This document shows, piece after piece, positions 13,227-26,207 of a DNA stretch of 63,910 nt. Below the pieces are notes generated by a model, which searched no databases, had not been told where the DNA came from, and worked only from the letters and a program-made list of their open reading frames with translations. Every line of letters starts with the position of its first letter. The first letter of the stretch is position 1. The stretch spans positions 372,001-435,910 of the forward strand of contig NW_020846810.1 of assembly GCF_003704095.1 (NCBI RefSeq), written 5' to 3'. Both the position numbers and the translations under genes were made by a program. The stretch is from Pocillopora damicornis. Its lineage: Eukaryota.

Positions 13227-13740
13227 TATGATGGCGCTCAGTTTCTCCTTATTTGCCTTTGTTCAGGAATTAAACTATTCCATAGTACCACTACAGTTAA
13301 TCCGCCATCTTAGTCTCCTCCGGAAACATTTGTCGCGGATGAAAAAGATTTGGAACGAGGAAATGGAAAACAATGGTCAAGAAGGAACGCCTGGTAGAAA
13401 TCGTATTTCTCGGAAACCTCGTGCCGTATACCCTAGAGGTTTCTTGGAAAGATATTGTCAATCATTTCTGCGTTTTAATTGGGTGAGCAAGGTGGAAAAG
13501 GAAGTGACACCTTTGTTTTCATTTTAAAAAAAATGTGTTGCGGTTTTTATTTACCGGTAAGTTTTGCATGGTCATGCAAGATCTTACCGTAGTATATAGC
13601 GAGATTTTGGCAGAATTATCGACGTCGAACCTACCAGTCGTTGACACGGAGAGTTTTGGGGAATTTGTGCACGTTTTGATTGTGCAATTGTCAGGTTTTG
13701 CCATTGTTTAGCGTATTTTGACGCGGTATTGTTACCAGCC
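13227..13740. promoter_or_regulatory. Putative bidirectional promoter upstream of copy B
   Basis: Paralog of 23615-24138; YY1-type CCGCCATCTT at 13302-13311; ETS-like GGAAGTG near 13500. Confidence 0.5.
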
Positions 13741-16700
13741 ATGGCGAGTGATTCGAAATCGACCGATAAGTTAAGAACACTGGATCAACTGAAGAAAGAG
13801 GTTGTTAAAATTTTACGTTCTTGTGATGGCCATTGTTTGGATATTTCCAAATTCAAGAGTGAGTACAAGCAAAAGTTTGGGAGAACTTTTGAGAAGTACT
13901 ATAGTGCGTTGTTGAAAGGAAAAAAGTTTAGCAGTTTCATGGCAGCATTAGATATTATTGAACTGCAAAAATCAAACGAAAACCAAAGCATCATCCTTAT
14001 GAAATTGAAAGAATCGAATTCATGTGAGCTTAAATCTTCCAGTTCGGGCACTAGCTGTCAGCAGGAAAGGTCAGATTCCAATGATGCTACAGCTAGATTA
14101 GAAAAATCACCATCTAAAGATCTTCCAAACGTTGCAAGTTCAGTTGCCATCTCACTAGGTGCCAAGGATGAAATCCAACCCAATAAGATAGATACGTCAC
14201 TGGTAAAATCTGCTGCATCTGCGACTGTATCTCCTTTACTACTGCCTACACCTTTACTTCCAATACCAAGTGTTTTAAGCAAAGGTATGTGAATCAAATT
14301 TCCTTTGTCTGTTTAAATCTTGTGGGAGGAAGAAGGGAAATTGGGAAGAGAGGAAAAATAGGTGAGTGCGTAAAGTGTGAAGAGTGAAAAATAGGTAGCG
14401 AGTTCATTGCTGGGACCATTTTGGTTGCACTGATAAATACATATTAAACATTTGGAGAGCATTTTGGTTCTTAGATGACAAAGTTCTCAATATAGGGACC
14501 TTTGTTGGGCAGTCATGCTCCAACCTGCCTAGATGTTCCTTGAAGTGACCCAGGTCAACAGTTAAAGAGAGAGAAACATTTGCATGATATATACTATTAA
14601 ATTGTACAATTTCTTTTTCCTTGTGTTGTTTTGTTTTTTTTTTTACAATTGAATGATTTTCTTTTTCTTGTGACCATTTTATGACCAGAGGTTGCTAGAT
14701 AATGACTGTTAAGAATTGAGGTGATGGGGCCCCCTAGTGATTGTTTGATTCATGTATTTTGCAAAACTGCTTTTCTTTTTACATGGGACAGAATGTCTGG
14801 TGATATTTAAGAAAGTGAACTTCTTACAGGCTGCACTGCCTTCTCTTCCTTGCCTTGCCTTATTTTGCTAGGGTTAATTTGCCAGTTCTTTACCAATTAA
14901 GGTGATTTGCGTTCCTAATTGTTACAAGCCTGTTGTTTTGATTATGCCATGAGACAAGGCCAGCAGCTTGCTGTCACAGTAAATGATGTGATTGTTTCNN
15001 NNNNNNNNNNNNNNNNNNNNNNNNNNNNNNNNNNNNNTAGTTTATTATTTGGCCAAGTATAGACCCCAGTTTAGTCACTTTCCATTAAACAGTACTTCCA
15101 TGTTATGGACATTAAATTCAGAGACCAATTTTTTGGAGACTAATTTCCTCAACAAACTTATTTTGCACAGTTTTGAAATTATAATTTGTACAGACATTCC
15201 TTATAGAGTAATTGCCTATCAGCAAAAAAGAAACTTTCCTTTCTTTAACAGAGACTGCCAATATTTTTGTTTTAAACTCTGTTATGGACAGTACAAAAAA
15301 AATCAACCTACAATTTAATGTGTTCACTTGATACTTTTTTTCCTGTGAATTGACTATTCAGAAAAAAATCTTTTAATAATAGTAAGAACAAAACTGCTTC
15401 TAAGCTTTTTAAAATCTAGTCACATCCCTTATTCTATGTTTGATTTGAGCTTGAGCTAAAAACTTGCTGTTATGGACATTACACAATTTTTGTTTCAGAT
15501 ATTACACTGTGAATAAGGGAATGTTTTTGTTTATTTATGAACTTTTGATAATTGACTTTGTCAGAACTGATAAATGCATTCTTAATCAGGCTCAATGCAA
15601 GTTAATTCTCTTTTCTGGTTGGGCTGATAACCATAACATTAATACTACAATTTGTGTGTACATGTGACTATGGTCTGTGGAGTATCCCATATAGAGCATA
15701 CTCCTTACAATTCAGTTTTATTGAGCATGCTCTAACTAGTGTTTCTGCTGTCTTTTGGTTCTTTCTTTCTGAGATGTAATGCAGATTAGATTTCTAGTAT
15801 GAGACCAAGTTTTACATTGGATAAGCCCTCAGCGTTGCTATTTGTCAGAGTACTATTCATTGACCCTTAACAAGCCAGTTGACACCATTTTGAATGTTAC
15901 ACTGCACTGAATTGTTTGAATTGACATTTTTCTCTGTGATATGAGGATGGTCAGTGCAATGGCCTTTTACTTGTTTTATGCTGCATTTCTGAAACATTAC
16001 ATGTTTTTTTTTACTTTGTTATCTTCAGATATTTTAAAAGAAGGTACTGACTCAAAACTGTATGTCTTTCGTTAAAAATAAATTCACCATTGGACTTACA
16101 TGTTTTTGTAAATTTATACTCTTCATGTCACCATGGTGTTGCTACTGTTAATGTACATGGTTGTTGTTATGGTTATTGTTATTAGTGTTTAGTTAAAAGC
16201 ACTGTAAACTTGGATGTGATAAACTTGAACAAAATTGGTTTGCATGTACTATTTATTTCTCCCAAAAGAATTAATATTGAAAGTCATTCAGTCATAATGT
16301 CCATAATGTAGTCCATAATGTCATGTCATAATGTAATGTCTGTAACATAATGTCCATAACATAATGTCTGTAACACAAAGTAGGCTTTATTTTTTCTGGT
16401 GTTTTTCTAAGATTTTAATAATTTGCAGCACTTAAGTTTGGGCCCCTAAACTTGAAAAAAGGAGTTAAGCTTTTTAAGGTTTTTATTTTCAGAGAAAATG
16501 ACTGTTTCAGTGAATTATGTGATGTCCGTAACACAATTGTTACTTGCTTTCATTTTCAAAGTACATCCATTTTGGAAAAAATCTTATCTGGAGGTTCATC
16601 TTTGTGTTGAGTTCAATTAGTTTTGTTCCCCTGGTGAGATTTTGGGAACAAATGAGTCTAACTAAAATCATTTTAAATCTTACAGCATGCCAGCTATTTT

Positions 16701-19700
16701 CACACACTTTTCATTGGACAAAAATAAATAGCCTCTCTGTGCCATTTCTAGCAAAGTCAACTTTCAGATTACTATTTTTAAAACAATTTAGGGTTTCCTC
16801 ATTCCAGATATCCATGATTGGGCTACAGTACCGTTCGAAGATAAGCGAACCACCTAACGCGTTGTCAACGCGTGGGCTCGAAGAAGTCAACGCGTTAGTG
16901 CTCTTTCGCTAACGCGTTAGCTAACGCGTTGATCATCGACCCGTATCGCCTTTGTTATTCACTTTGCCACCTCCAACCTTCTTTCTTTTGTATCCATTAT
17001 TGACCAACTCAAAGGACGGCCTTCATCCGCAACTGAAAACCTTTTTGAATTTACGGAACTTTGGCGCGTGTTGACAAAATTGTCGGCGCGTGCTGACAAA
17101 AGAAAAATATTTGTATGCGTGAAGGGGCATCTGTGATACTTCTTAGAGGTGTAAAATAAATAAGGCTAGGGTCTGAAGTATTTCGAAGCAGTGCACTGAT
17201 TTATGGCAAGCAAAACTACGACAATGATTTCATCACGCGAAGCAGGGACAGGCACTGCGATGACACGAATTCCGAATAAGCGGCGGTACGTAAACAAAGG
17301 ATTGATCGATAGGAATAAATTTGGATCTGAATATTTCGAAGTTGTTCGCAAATTTCGCAAGCCATTTTTAACACGGCTAGAATTTCACTGCTAAAATAGC
17401 AAATAGATGAATCGATCAGAATGAAACTGTATACAACTATTTTTGAAGTTGATTGCCAAAGTACCGACAAGTACCGGGATGTTTAACGAATTTCGAGACA
17501 AGCGGCGACACGTAAACACAAGTAATAATTCATGGGATGCGAGTATTTCGAGGTTGTTCGCTAATTTACCTGGCTAGAATTTCATCGCTAGCGACAGCTG
17601 TCGATATGTTTGTCAAATTGAAAAGTCATGCGGCACATAAACACAGGATCAATCGAAAAGGATAAATTTGGATCCGAGAATTCGAAGTTGTTCGCAAACT
17701 TAATACCGCTAGAATTTCATTTATTTGGTAGCACAAGCGCCGCGACTTGTGATGAATATCGAGACATGCGGCACGTAAACATAAAATCGATCGACCAAAA
17801 AAAAAAAACAGTTTGGGATACAGGTGAACGAGAATTTCGAAAGTATTCACAAATTACAGGTTGTAAAATGAAATCGCTTGACTCTTAGTTCGGTTTTTTT
17901 TTTGTTTTTTTATCAGGAACAGATCTTTGGATAACGCTTATTATCGGGAATACACAGACACCGTGGAGATGCTAAGGCGAATGTGACAAAAAAGTCGGCT
18001 TTGTTTGGGCCTCTTGTTATGCAAAATGCTTTTAAAGTGTGATCTACTAATGAGCTTCACTAAACGCAAACGCGTTAAGTTCAAAACGCCAGCGCGTTGG
18101 CTCTGCGTGGGGAACGCGTTGAGTGGTTCGCTTATCTTCGAACGGTACTGTATATATGAAATATTTTCAATTTCACCATTTAAGCAGTTTTAAAATGGAA
18201 TGGCCCAGTAGCAACTTTTTATTTGACAATCTTCCTTTGTTTAAATCCCTGCTCACCAGATGGAACATTCTTATCCCCAAAATTCCTGAAAAATGTGCAA
18301 CCCTATTCTTGGTGACTAATAACTTGTATGAAAATGCAAACCCATTGTAGTCAATTAAATTGTAAAAATGGGACCCCATCCAATGGCACATCCCCATTAG
18401 CCTGCTGCTGGGAAGCAGCCCCCCCCCGCAGGATTATTTAGGATTAAGTAATGTTCCCATTATTATAATTATTATAGTCAGAATGATCTGACTGTGCCAG
18501 GTACATGCATTTCAAGAACCTGGTTGTTTTTCTGGTTGAATGTTGAACTCATCACCCTCCACTCAACAGCCTCCTATGTTACCAATTAATCAATTATGCT
18601 AAAATTTACATGGAAGCCATTCTAATATACAATCCACAAGTGTTGTTGGCCCATTTTTAATTGATTGATGAGGATCACACAATTGCCTACCTGGGTGGAA
18701 ATGGCTTTATAATAATAAATTTCATTGTTTGATGTGATTTTCTTGTACTTACCTCAATATCATTATGTCATAATTTTTGTATCTGTACCCTCAGGTGCTC
18801 AATTACCTAGGACCCAAGCACAGAAGACAAACCCCTCTTCTGGAAGTCCACAGGTCACACCACTGTCACTTTTTGAAATCATGAAACAACAAGCTCAAGA
18901 AGAAATGCAGCTTGCTATTAGAGGTAGCCCCTCTCCTCATACTAGCTATGACAGGCTACTGCAAGACATGAGCACACCCAGTCCAGCAAAAAGAGAGCTT
19001 CTTTTTTCTCCGCCTGATCACCAGGAAACAAGGCTTAGAGAAGTTGGCACTCCAGGTCCTTTTGAGGAGTCAATCAGCCATGCCCATGATGCAATGAATA
19101 GCATAACAAGCAAGGGGAAATCTGTGAGAAATGCTACTTTTCGTGAAATTAACAAGGCAGCAGAAGAGATCATCACTTCTTTGTCAAAAAAAGATCGCTT
19201 TGTTGGTCTGGAGGAGGTAAAAGCTGCCCTGTGCAATGAATTTGGAAAAACAAGTCTTACTGCTTTGGGTTTCAAAAAAGAGAGAGATATTCCTGCCCTG
19301 AAGGACCTAATTGAAATGCAGGCAAAAGTGAGTTAAATTTTATGTAAAGTAGCCATGTTTGGAATATCTCATCCTTTTTTTCAGTTTTTTTTTTTAATGC
19401 CACGATTAGGAATTTGTGCTTAATTGCATGTCTACTACTAGTTCTTGTCCATTTTGCAGAGTTTTGAAGTCCTTGACCCTTGTATGGTTCTGTCACTATA
19501 TGTTGCAATCTGTCTACATGACATTTTAGACAACTGGCATATTGAGAAACTACCACCACCTCCAATAAACTGGATATGATATTCTTGCATTATGTCCAGT
19601 CACGGTTGAAATCAGGGATAAGCATTTATTTCACTACAAAACCAAAAACTAACTACGGTGAAAATGCTGCTTTCAGTTCAGTTATCTCACGTCCTATTGG

Positions 19701-22666
19701 TTCCTTCCTGTAACATAATGTTGAATTGACATGACAGTGATAGATTAGTAGAAACGAAAAAGTCACATTCAATTTATCTGATCTATTTTATCCCAAAGGT
19801 CAACTTATTCGTCCATGCGTACGTCATGTCAAACAGCATCTCCACTTTGTACGAATTGAACCAAAGCCTTGCTGATTTGGGTTCAAAATCAGACTTTGAG
19901 GAGCTCAATTTGGGTCCTCTATTGAAACAGCCCGTGGTTTATGACATGTTTAAAGCTCCCCAAGGTCTTTCCCAAGTACCTCATGTGACAACTATTCAGA
20001 TTTTGAAGCACCTGGAGAAGTATATGACAAAGGAAGATCTGTGGCGCAAGAAAGTTGATTTAGGGAAATTCATGGAGTACCTCTCTGAAGAGTATCAGTG
20101 TGGCACTCCTTTTGACCTTGGTGTCAGGATACAGAGCATTGGACTGGCTATCTCGGTAATGTTACTCAATTTTTTTCTCTTACATTTCTTTTTTTAAGCT
20201 TAAGATCAATTCTAATAAAGCACGCGCCTTATTTTACCTTTCAAAATCATTATTGTACGTCGCTGGGTTGGCCCAAAGGGAAATACACCATTAGTGAACG
20301 AGCCCCTTTCTATTCTCCAGCGACCTCATTTTGATTAATCCATATGGGCTGTTTATTTGTTTTAACCAATTTGTTAGGTGATTAAAAAAGCCAAACATAA
20401 CGAGAGCGAGAAGTGGAAAGGTATCAGAGAACAGGTGTCGGCTGACATGGACGAAGAAATTGAGAGACACTTGCGAAAAATCAAGAGAGATCTTCTTGGA
20501 CAAGATCTTGGCGATTCAAGGAGCTGTGTCAAGAAATTTCTTGACACATCCCCGACAGACGCCTTGACGGCGGTGTTCGATTGTTGCTTGGAGACGTTTG
20601 AGGACAGTCGCGCAAAAAAGATCACTAAGTTCCTAGAAACAGTCACTAAAGATTCACACGGGAGGCATGTATTTCAGCTAGCACTCTATATGAGTTGTAA
20701 GCGTCTGTTGGGAGACGCCTTGGAAAACCTGGTTGATGAAAGAGTGAAGAAAGAGCTCGAGACAGCCAACAATCTGGCAAGTCGCACAGAGACAGAAACA
20801 GGGTTAGATCCACCAAGCGAAGGTTTGATATTTTTTGTTTTGGTTTTATAAGGGAAAATTATTCTGAAACCACTAGGCTTAGTTCTGAGCTAAGTACGTG
20901 CTATGCTTCCTCGCTGTGCAAGGAACTTATCGCGATATTGAGGAAACTAGATCACGATTTCTACATGTTGCTAAGTTTAGCAAGTTGTGTCATTTACAAT
21001 TAAGTCGTGTCATTTACAAACCATTCTGATTTTTCTTCACTCTTATTTTTACTGTTCGTCTTTGATTCTACTTCCTTGCCTAGTCTATCAATGGAAGCTG
21101 TTTTTCAATTTAAGTTCTATATTTTAAGATTAATCACATAAAGGCAAATAAATTAGTCGCTGGTATAAAAACTATTGGTGACTAAACTTCAGTTAACCAA
21201 GTCATTGAATCATTGAATATTTAACAAACGGATTTCATGTGGCCGATAATTCAGAGATGACGTCCAAATGTGTTAAGGCGCATTTGAGTGCGTCACCGAT
21301 GTTTTTACTTCTTCCGTACGGACGCACGGCCACATGGTATCTATTTGTTTAAAATGATAAAATGTAAAGTAAATTGCTGTCAGTGGTGATGTCATCTATA
21401 CATCTGTCCCCTAATAGGTCATAGATGAGAACCAATCAAACTCGCATAGGATTCACCTTATCATATAAACACAAAGTGTTATAAGTCTTATAGATCATAA
21501 ATTCAACCTTTTGTACAAAAGAGTAATTCCGGGTAAACTAGTAAAATTCGTGGAATGGTCTACGGTGCTAGATATCCCTTTACTCATTTTACTAATTGTT
21601 CATCGTTTTATATATGTGATAGGAATTATTGTCGAAGAAGTAAATGAGTGGCTAAATAAAGCGGAGCGCACTGACCTAGCGACGCTAGCCAGAATTGAGG
21701 AAAATGTCATGAACAGATATTCAGGGTTTGACGGTTTTGAAGCCTTCGGTTATGGTTCCTTCCTGAAGTTCTTGACGAAACACAAAGTGCTGCGTGAAAC
21801 CATAGCTGAGGTTGGTGGAATTGCTCGGTCTGGCAACGGGGGAACCGGGCTTGGACTTCGAGTGTCACTTGATAGCGTGCTGAATTTTATATCTCAATGC
21901 GGAACTGAACCAACTCCGGTAAGAATTACAATTTTATTAATTCTAGCGTTTAAATATGAAATAACACAAACAAAAGCAACCTCAAAGCGGAGGAATACTG
22001 TAATTCGTGTCTTGTGGTGACAGATCTTAGAAAATCGTATGGAAAAATCTTGGGCTTACTTTATTCGCTGTAAATAAACTTACGTTGGTACCAACCAGCA
22101 GCTTAAGGGATTCGTTCACTTAACCCATAGCCACATATTAAGATCAAAATTCCACAATGTACGTTACGTTTACTGAGACTTTTGGTTACATTTACCCTTT
22201 GCAATCCAACATTAGTATGCACATTCTCTGCACTGTTTTGAAACGATTTCTACCTGTACTGTATGATACTGACAAGGTGTACTAGCTTATAGTTCACAAT
22301 GATATCGTTTTTTTTCTCATGACTTTTATGTCAGATCAAGAAGTGATATTGTTTGGCGATATTAGCAGCTTGTCACTCTAAGGGATAAAAGGTTTAATTT
22401 ACTGGACGGTAACATTTATCAAGTTGGAACGTAGGCCTATCCTGTTGAGTAAGCTCACTTCTTTTGCCTTTTTGTTTAGGAGTCCATAGAACAGTACTTG
22501 TGTGATTACTACAATGTCAATAAAGTGACGGATCTCGGATTTGGGTCCGCTGCGAATTTGGTGAAAAAAGCTGCAGAGCGAAAGAAGAACTTAGTAGGAG
22601 CGAACATTCCTTCGATAGTTTACGAAGCTGCTCTTTTGCGTCACAGCTCTGGAGTGGGAGATACGG
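13741..22666 (+). CDS. NOV/sacsin-like protein, copy B, 5' part (exons 1-6, cut by an N gap)
   Basis: Exons 13741-14284 (ATG; LOTUS-like LDQLKKEVVKILRSC...EYKQKFGRTF...KFSSFMAALDII), 18795-19327, 19799-20155 (SDFEELNLGPLLKQPVV; LGVRIQSIG, resembling the plant NOV N-terminal region), 20378-20822, 21623-21918, 22480-22666 (runs into gap). All phases join in frame. Confidence 0.85.
14999..15037. other. Assembly gap (39 N)
   Basis: Run of N. Confidence 0.99.
15038..16740. mobile_element. Possible degraded non-autonomous DNA transposon with subterminal inverted motifs
   Basis: TGTTATGGACA x3 (about 15101, 15280, 15468) facing TGTCCATAAC/TGTCCGTAAC copies (about 16298-16533); left end is in the 39-N gap; no counterpart seen in the sequenced part of copy C intron 1. 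Confidence 0.4.
16826..18150. mobile_element. Non-autonomous Tc1/mariner-superfamily element (1325 bp)
   Basis: 28-bp perfect TIRs CAGTACCGTTCGAAGATAAGCGAACCAC, TA on both flanks; internal degenerate tandem repeats at about 17170-17850; no transposase ORF. Confidence 0.8.
21215..21470 (-). repeat. Degenerate copy of the repeat family at 2305-2675
   Basis: GAGAACCAATCAAA...CTTATCATATA and GCACGGCCACATGGTATCTATTTGTTT match that element. Confidence 0.55.
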
Positions 22667-22766
22667 NNNNNNNNNNNNNNNNNNNNNNNNNNNNNNNNNN
22701 NNNNNNNNNNNNNNNNNNNNNNNNNNNNNNNNNNNNNNNNNNNNNNNNNNNNNNNNNNNNNNNNNN
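22667..22766. other. Assembly gap (100 N), left boundary of the flipped block
   Basis: Exactly 100 N; cuts copy B exon 6. Confidence 0.99.
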
Positions 22767-23079
22767 TTTTATGCAAATGTTTATTTCTCTTTCACTGTTG
22801 ACCATAGATACATGTACTAGGTACAGTGCGGGAAGATCGATCGGTACAGGTTGCTGCGTGTCTAGCCAAAAATGTCCCCATAATGACAACTTGGGCTACA
22901 AGACAAGAACCAAAATATTCCCTACATATCAAAGCAACGAAATTGACCCAGCCACATGTATCAGCAGTACCTAACACACTCACCTATTTTCTTCTTTTTG
23001 CAACCCCCTGTTTCCTTTTATATCATGCACATTTAAAATAAAAGCTTTAAACAGAATAGGGAAATACTGATTCACATAC

Positions 23080-23614
23080 CTTTGTTTTCAACACTTGAAG
23101 TTGGCTGTGATTGAGGTGAGACAGTCACGGGTGTAGCACTTTTTACCAGTGATGGATCTGTCATATCCCGTTTGCTTTCATCCTTAGTACCTGGTGAGAC
23201 GGTAGCTGTACTTGCAACATTTAGAAGATCTTCAGCCGAAGAGAGTCTTTCTCTGCGTCGTGATTTTTCTAATTTAGCTTCATTGGAATCTGACCATTCC
23301 TGCTGACAGTCAGCGCCTGAACCGGACGATTTAAGCTTGCATGGATTCGATTCTTTCCATTTCATTAGAATGCTGCTTCCGTTTTTTTGGAGTTCAACAA
23401 TATCTAACTCCGCCATGAAAATGCTGAACTTTTTTCTTTTCAACAACGCACTATAGTGTTCCTCAAAAGTTCTCCCAAACTTTTGCTCATACTTACACTT
23501 TAATTTAGAAATATTCAAACAATTACCGTCACAAGAACGTAAAATTTCAACAACCTCTTTCTTGAGTTGATCCAGTGTTCCTGGATTCTCGGTCGATTTC
23601 GAGCCACTCGCCAT
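23080..23614 (-). CDS. NOV/sacsin-like protein, copy C, exon 1 (LOTUS/OST-HTH-like), on the flipped block
   Basis: ATG at 23614, MASGSKSTENPGTLDQLKKEVVEILRSCDGNCLNISKLKCKYEQKFGRTF; paralog of 13741-14284. Phase-1 donor G|GTATGT at 23080 matches the phase-1 exon 2 at 38446. Confidence 0.82.
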
Positions 23615-24138
23615 AGCTGCTAACAATACCGCGACAAAAGATGCTAAACAATGGCAAAGCTTGTCAATTGCATAATAGAAACGTGCAAAAACTGATCATT
23701 CGTTCTAATCGTTCCCCCAAACTTTTCGTGTCAAGAACTGGCAGGTTCGACGTCGGTATGTTCTAGCAAAACCTCGCCGTCAACTGTGGTAAGACCTTGC
23801 GTGACAATGCAAAAATTACCGTTACGTCAAAACCACAACAGGTTGGTTTAAATGCTCACCCTATTAAAAACACAGAAATTTATGGCATCATCTTTCCAAG
23901 AAACCGGTTCATGCTCTTCGAAAGGTTTCTGAGAATCATGATTTCGATCAGGCGTTACTTCTTGATTATTGTTCTCCATTTCCTCGTTCCTACTCTTTTG
24001 CAACCAATAGCCAGTGCAAGTCACGTAAGCAAAATGGCGGACAACACTCGGTAAACTGTTCCTACAACCTCAAGTGATACACTGAAATAGCTTAGTTCCT
24101 GTACATAAACAAATAATAAGAAACTGAGTGCCGTCATA
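23615..24138. promoter_or_regulatory. Putative bidirectional promoter between NOV-like copy C exon 1 and the NUP214 pseudogene
   Basis: 524 bp between divergent ATGs; CCAAT at 24004-24008; YY1-type AAAATGGCGG at 24031-24040; homologous to 13227-13740. Confidence 0.55.
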
Positions 24139-24764
24139 ATGGCGGATAGCGAAGACGAAGAAGTTCCCCCGCAGAGAGATGTGAAGGTATTTTGTACTTT
24201 TAGCTTCATCACATGGACACATGACATGGACGAATTTCAGATTGGTTCAAATAGCGTACGATGAGACACCTTTTATGAAACTTTCGACAACTCCTGGAAA
24301 GTCCAAGATAGTTCGTGTTAAATTCTTATCAACATGGAGTTTAAAAGGACACAATTTCCACAGTTAAGGTTTAGAACTCCAAAAGAACCTGGTGCTGGCA
24401 AACTGTTGCAAAGAAATAGTTTGACCTGCAATTCAACTGGCTTCACTTCTTTAAACACCATTTATTTTTTTGTTATTTTAATGAAATCGTCTTTTAAAAG
24501 GTGGTTGGGCAATCAGTTTTTTTGTTGCTTCATACGTGTTTGCGGTATGGCACCAGTCAACATGTGTATTCGGGAAGCTGTATCAAATAGCTCTCCAAAT
24601 GTAATGTACAATTATGTTTAACTTTGTATCAGTAACAGAAACTGTAGACTTCCTGCATACAATGTACTAGCCGTAAATTGTATTGAGTGTTATGATAAAG
24701 TTCAGATATAACGCGTGCTGTCGTTGATTGAATGAGCGTGCTCTGTCAGAGTACAAAACATGGA

Positions 24765-25029
24765 TAGAAAGGGTAAGTTTAATTTCTAAAGAAACTGTGG
24801 TGCTGCATTGGTGGGAGAACATAATGAGGTAATTTGGTATTCTCATTTGAGTTGGTAACATAAATTTGCCACCATTAAGAGTTTCAAAGCTGACATTTCG
24901 AGTGTTATCCCTACATTAGAGTCCTTCACTATAGCTCTGACAAAGGGCTAATGTTTGAAACATCAGCTTTGAAACTCTTAACAGTGGCCAATTTATGAAA
25001 CCAACTCAAATGTTAATACCAAATTACCT
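24765..25029. mobile_element. Palindromic insertion (Penelope-like-derived?) with 13-bp TSD
   Basis: Direct repeat TACAAAACATGGA at 24752-24764 and 25030-25042; imperfect inverted arms 24827-25029; contains CTCTGACAAAGGGCTAATGTTTGAAACATCAGC. Confidence 0.6.
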
Positions 25030-26009
25030 TACAAAACATGGAACTGAGCTAAAGCTGTCACGCAATCTGCCAATTTGTACTATTTCCCACCACTATCCAG
25101 ACTTCTCTCTAGCTTTTTTTTGTTAATTGAAAGTGAAATTTCAGAACAAGTGAGCAAACAAAGATTGGTAAACATACCAAGTGCTGTAATTGACATTATT
25201 ATAATGAGAGAAGAGACAAAAATCCTTAAAGAGAAAGCGAACAATCTGAGTTTTTTAAGCTTATGGACATTACTAAAAATCAAGAACCACTAAAACTGGT
25301 ATAGTATAAATGGTTTTTGTCATAAAAATAAAGACAGAACAAAACATGAATGATGAAAGTGTAACCAAATTGGCATAACTGTTAAAACTCATACAAATCA
25401 TGATGGTGTCAGAGTGACTGCCATCATGGCTAGCTCATCATGGGGATCTCTGGTCATTGTGGTGAAGCAAGCCTCAGAAATTAAATCAGCAGCCCTTGAG
25501 TGAGCAACTAAGAGCTTGCTCTGATATCCTTGTTGAGGTCACATCCATTACAGAATTGGAGTTTTATGGCACTGTGATCCCAAGCAATGTTCATGTTGCT
25601 TAGAATTCAGCAGTTGTTTAGTCATAAAACTCACATCTTAAGCAGTTTGTTTCCTATTTGTAATGTGAAAAATCTTGTGTGTTTTTATAAGCCACAATTT
25701 GGCCCTATTGCATTCAACATTTCACTTTCAGACCCTGTATTCAGACTGATAAAAAAAATTCAGGCAAAAGTGTTATGTTCAACCAGCTGAACTGTTTAAG
25801 TTTGTGAACTACTTCAGATTGCGACCTTTGATGGTTTGACATTGTCAACAACTTTAGTCTTGTTCAACCAATCAGATTATCTGAGCCATTCTAGCAAGGA
25901 TTCTGATTGGCTTAATGTAGCTTATTTTATGAGAGTATCGAGCATGCTAATGATACTATTGTTATAAACTAGAAGTGATGCATGGGGAATTTAACGGATT
26001 CTCTATTGT

Positions 26010-26207
26010 TAAACAAATGGAGAAGCCTTTACAGTGCTCTGTTTTGTTGTAAAGCAACTTAGTAAGCAGCTAGAGCACAAAAGAACTGAGGAGAAACACT
26101 GTTGACTATGTCTTGTGTTTCTCCCTACACTTCTTTTGTGCTCTAGCTGCTTCTGGGATGCTTTACAACAGGACAGAGCACAGTCAAGGCTTCTGTAGTT
26201 GTTAAAT
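26010..26207. repeat. Foldback (palindromic) interspersed repeat
   Basis: AAGCAGCTAGAGCACAAAAGAA...GGAGAAACAC / GTGTTTCTCC...TTCTTTTGTGCTCTAGCTGCTT inverted arms. Confidence 0.6.

Noticed and set aside
17170-17850. CRISPR-like repeat array
   Set aside because: Eukaryotic context, long degenerate units without unique spacers, inside a TIR element.
24034-24054. ATGGCGGACAACACTCGGTAA as the NUP214 start
   Set aside because: Stops after 6 codons (after 3 in the B paralog); better read as a YY1-type motif or uORF. The homologous start is 24139.
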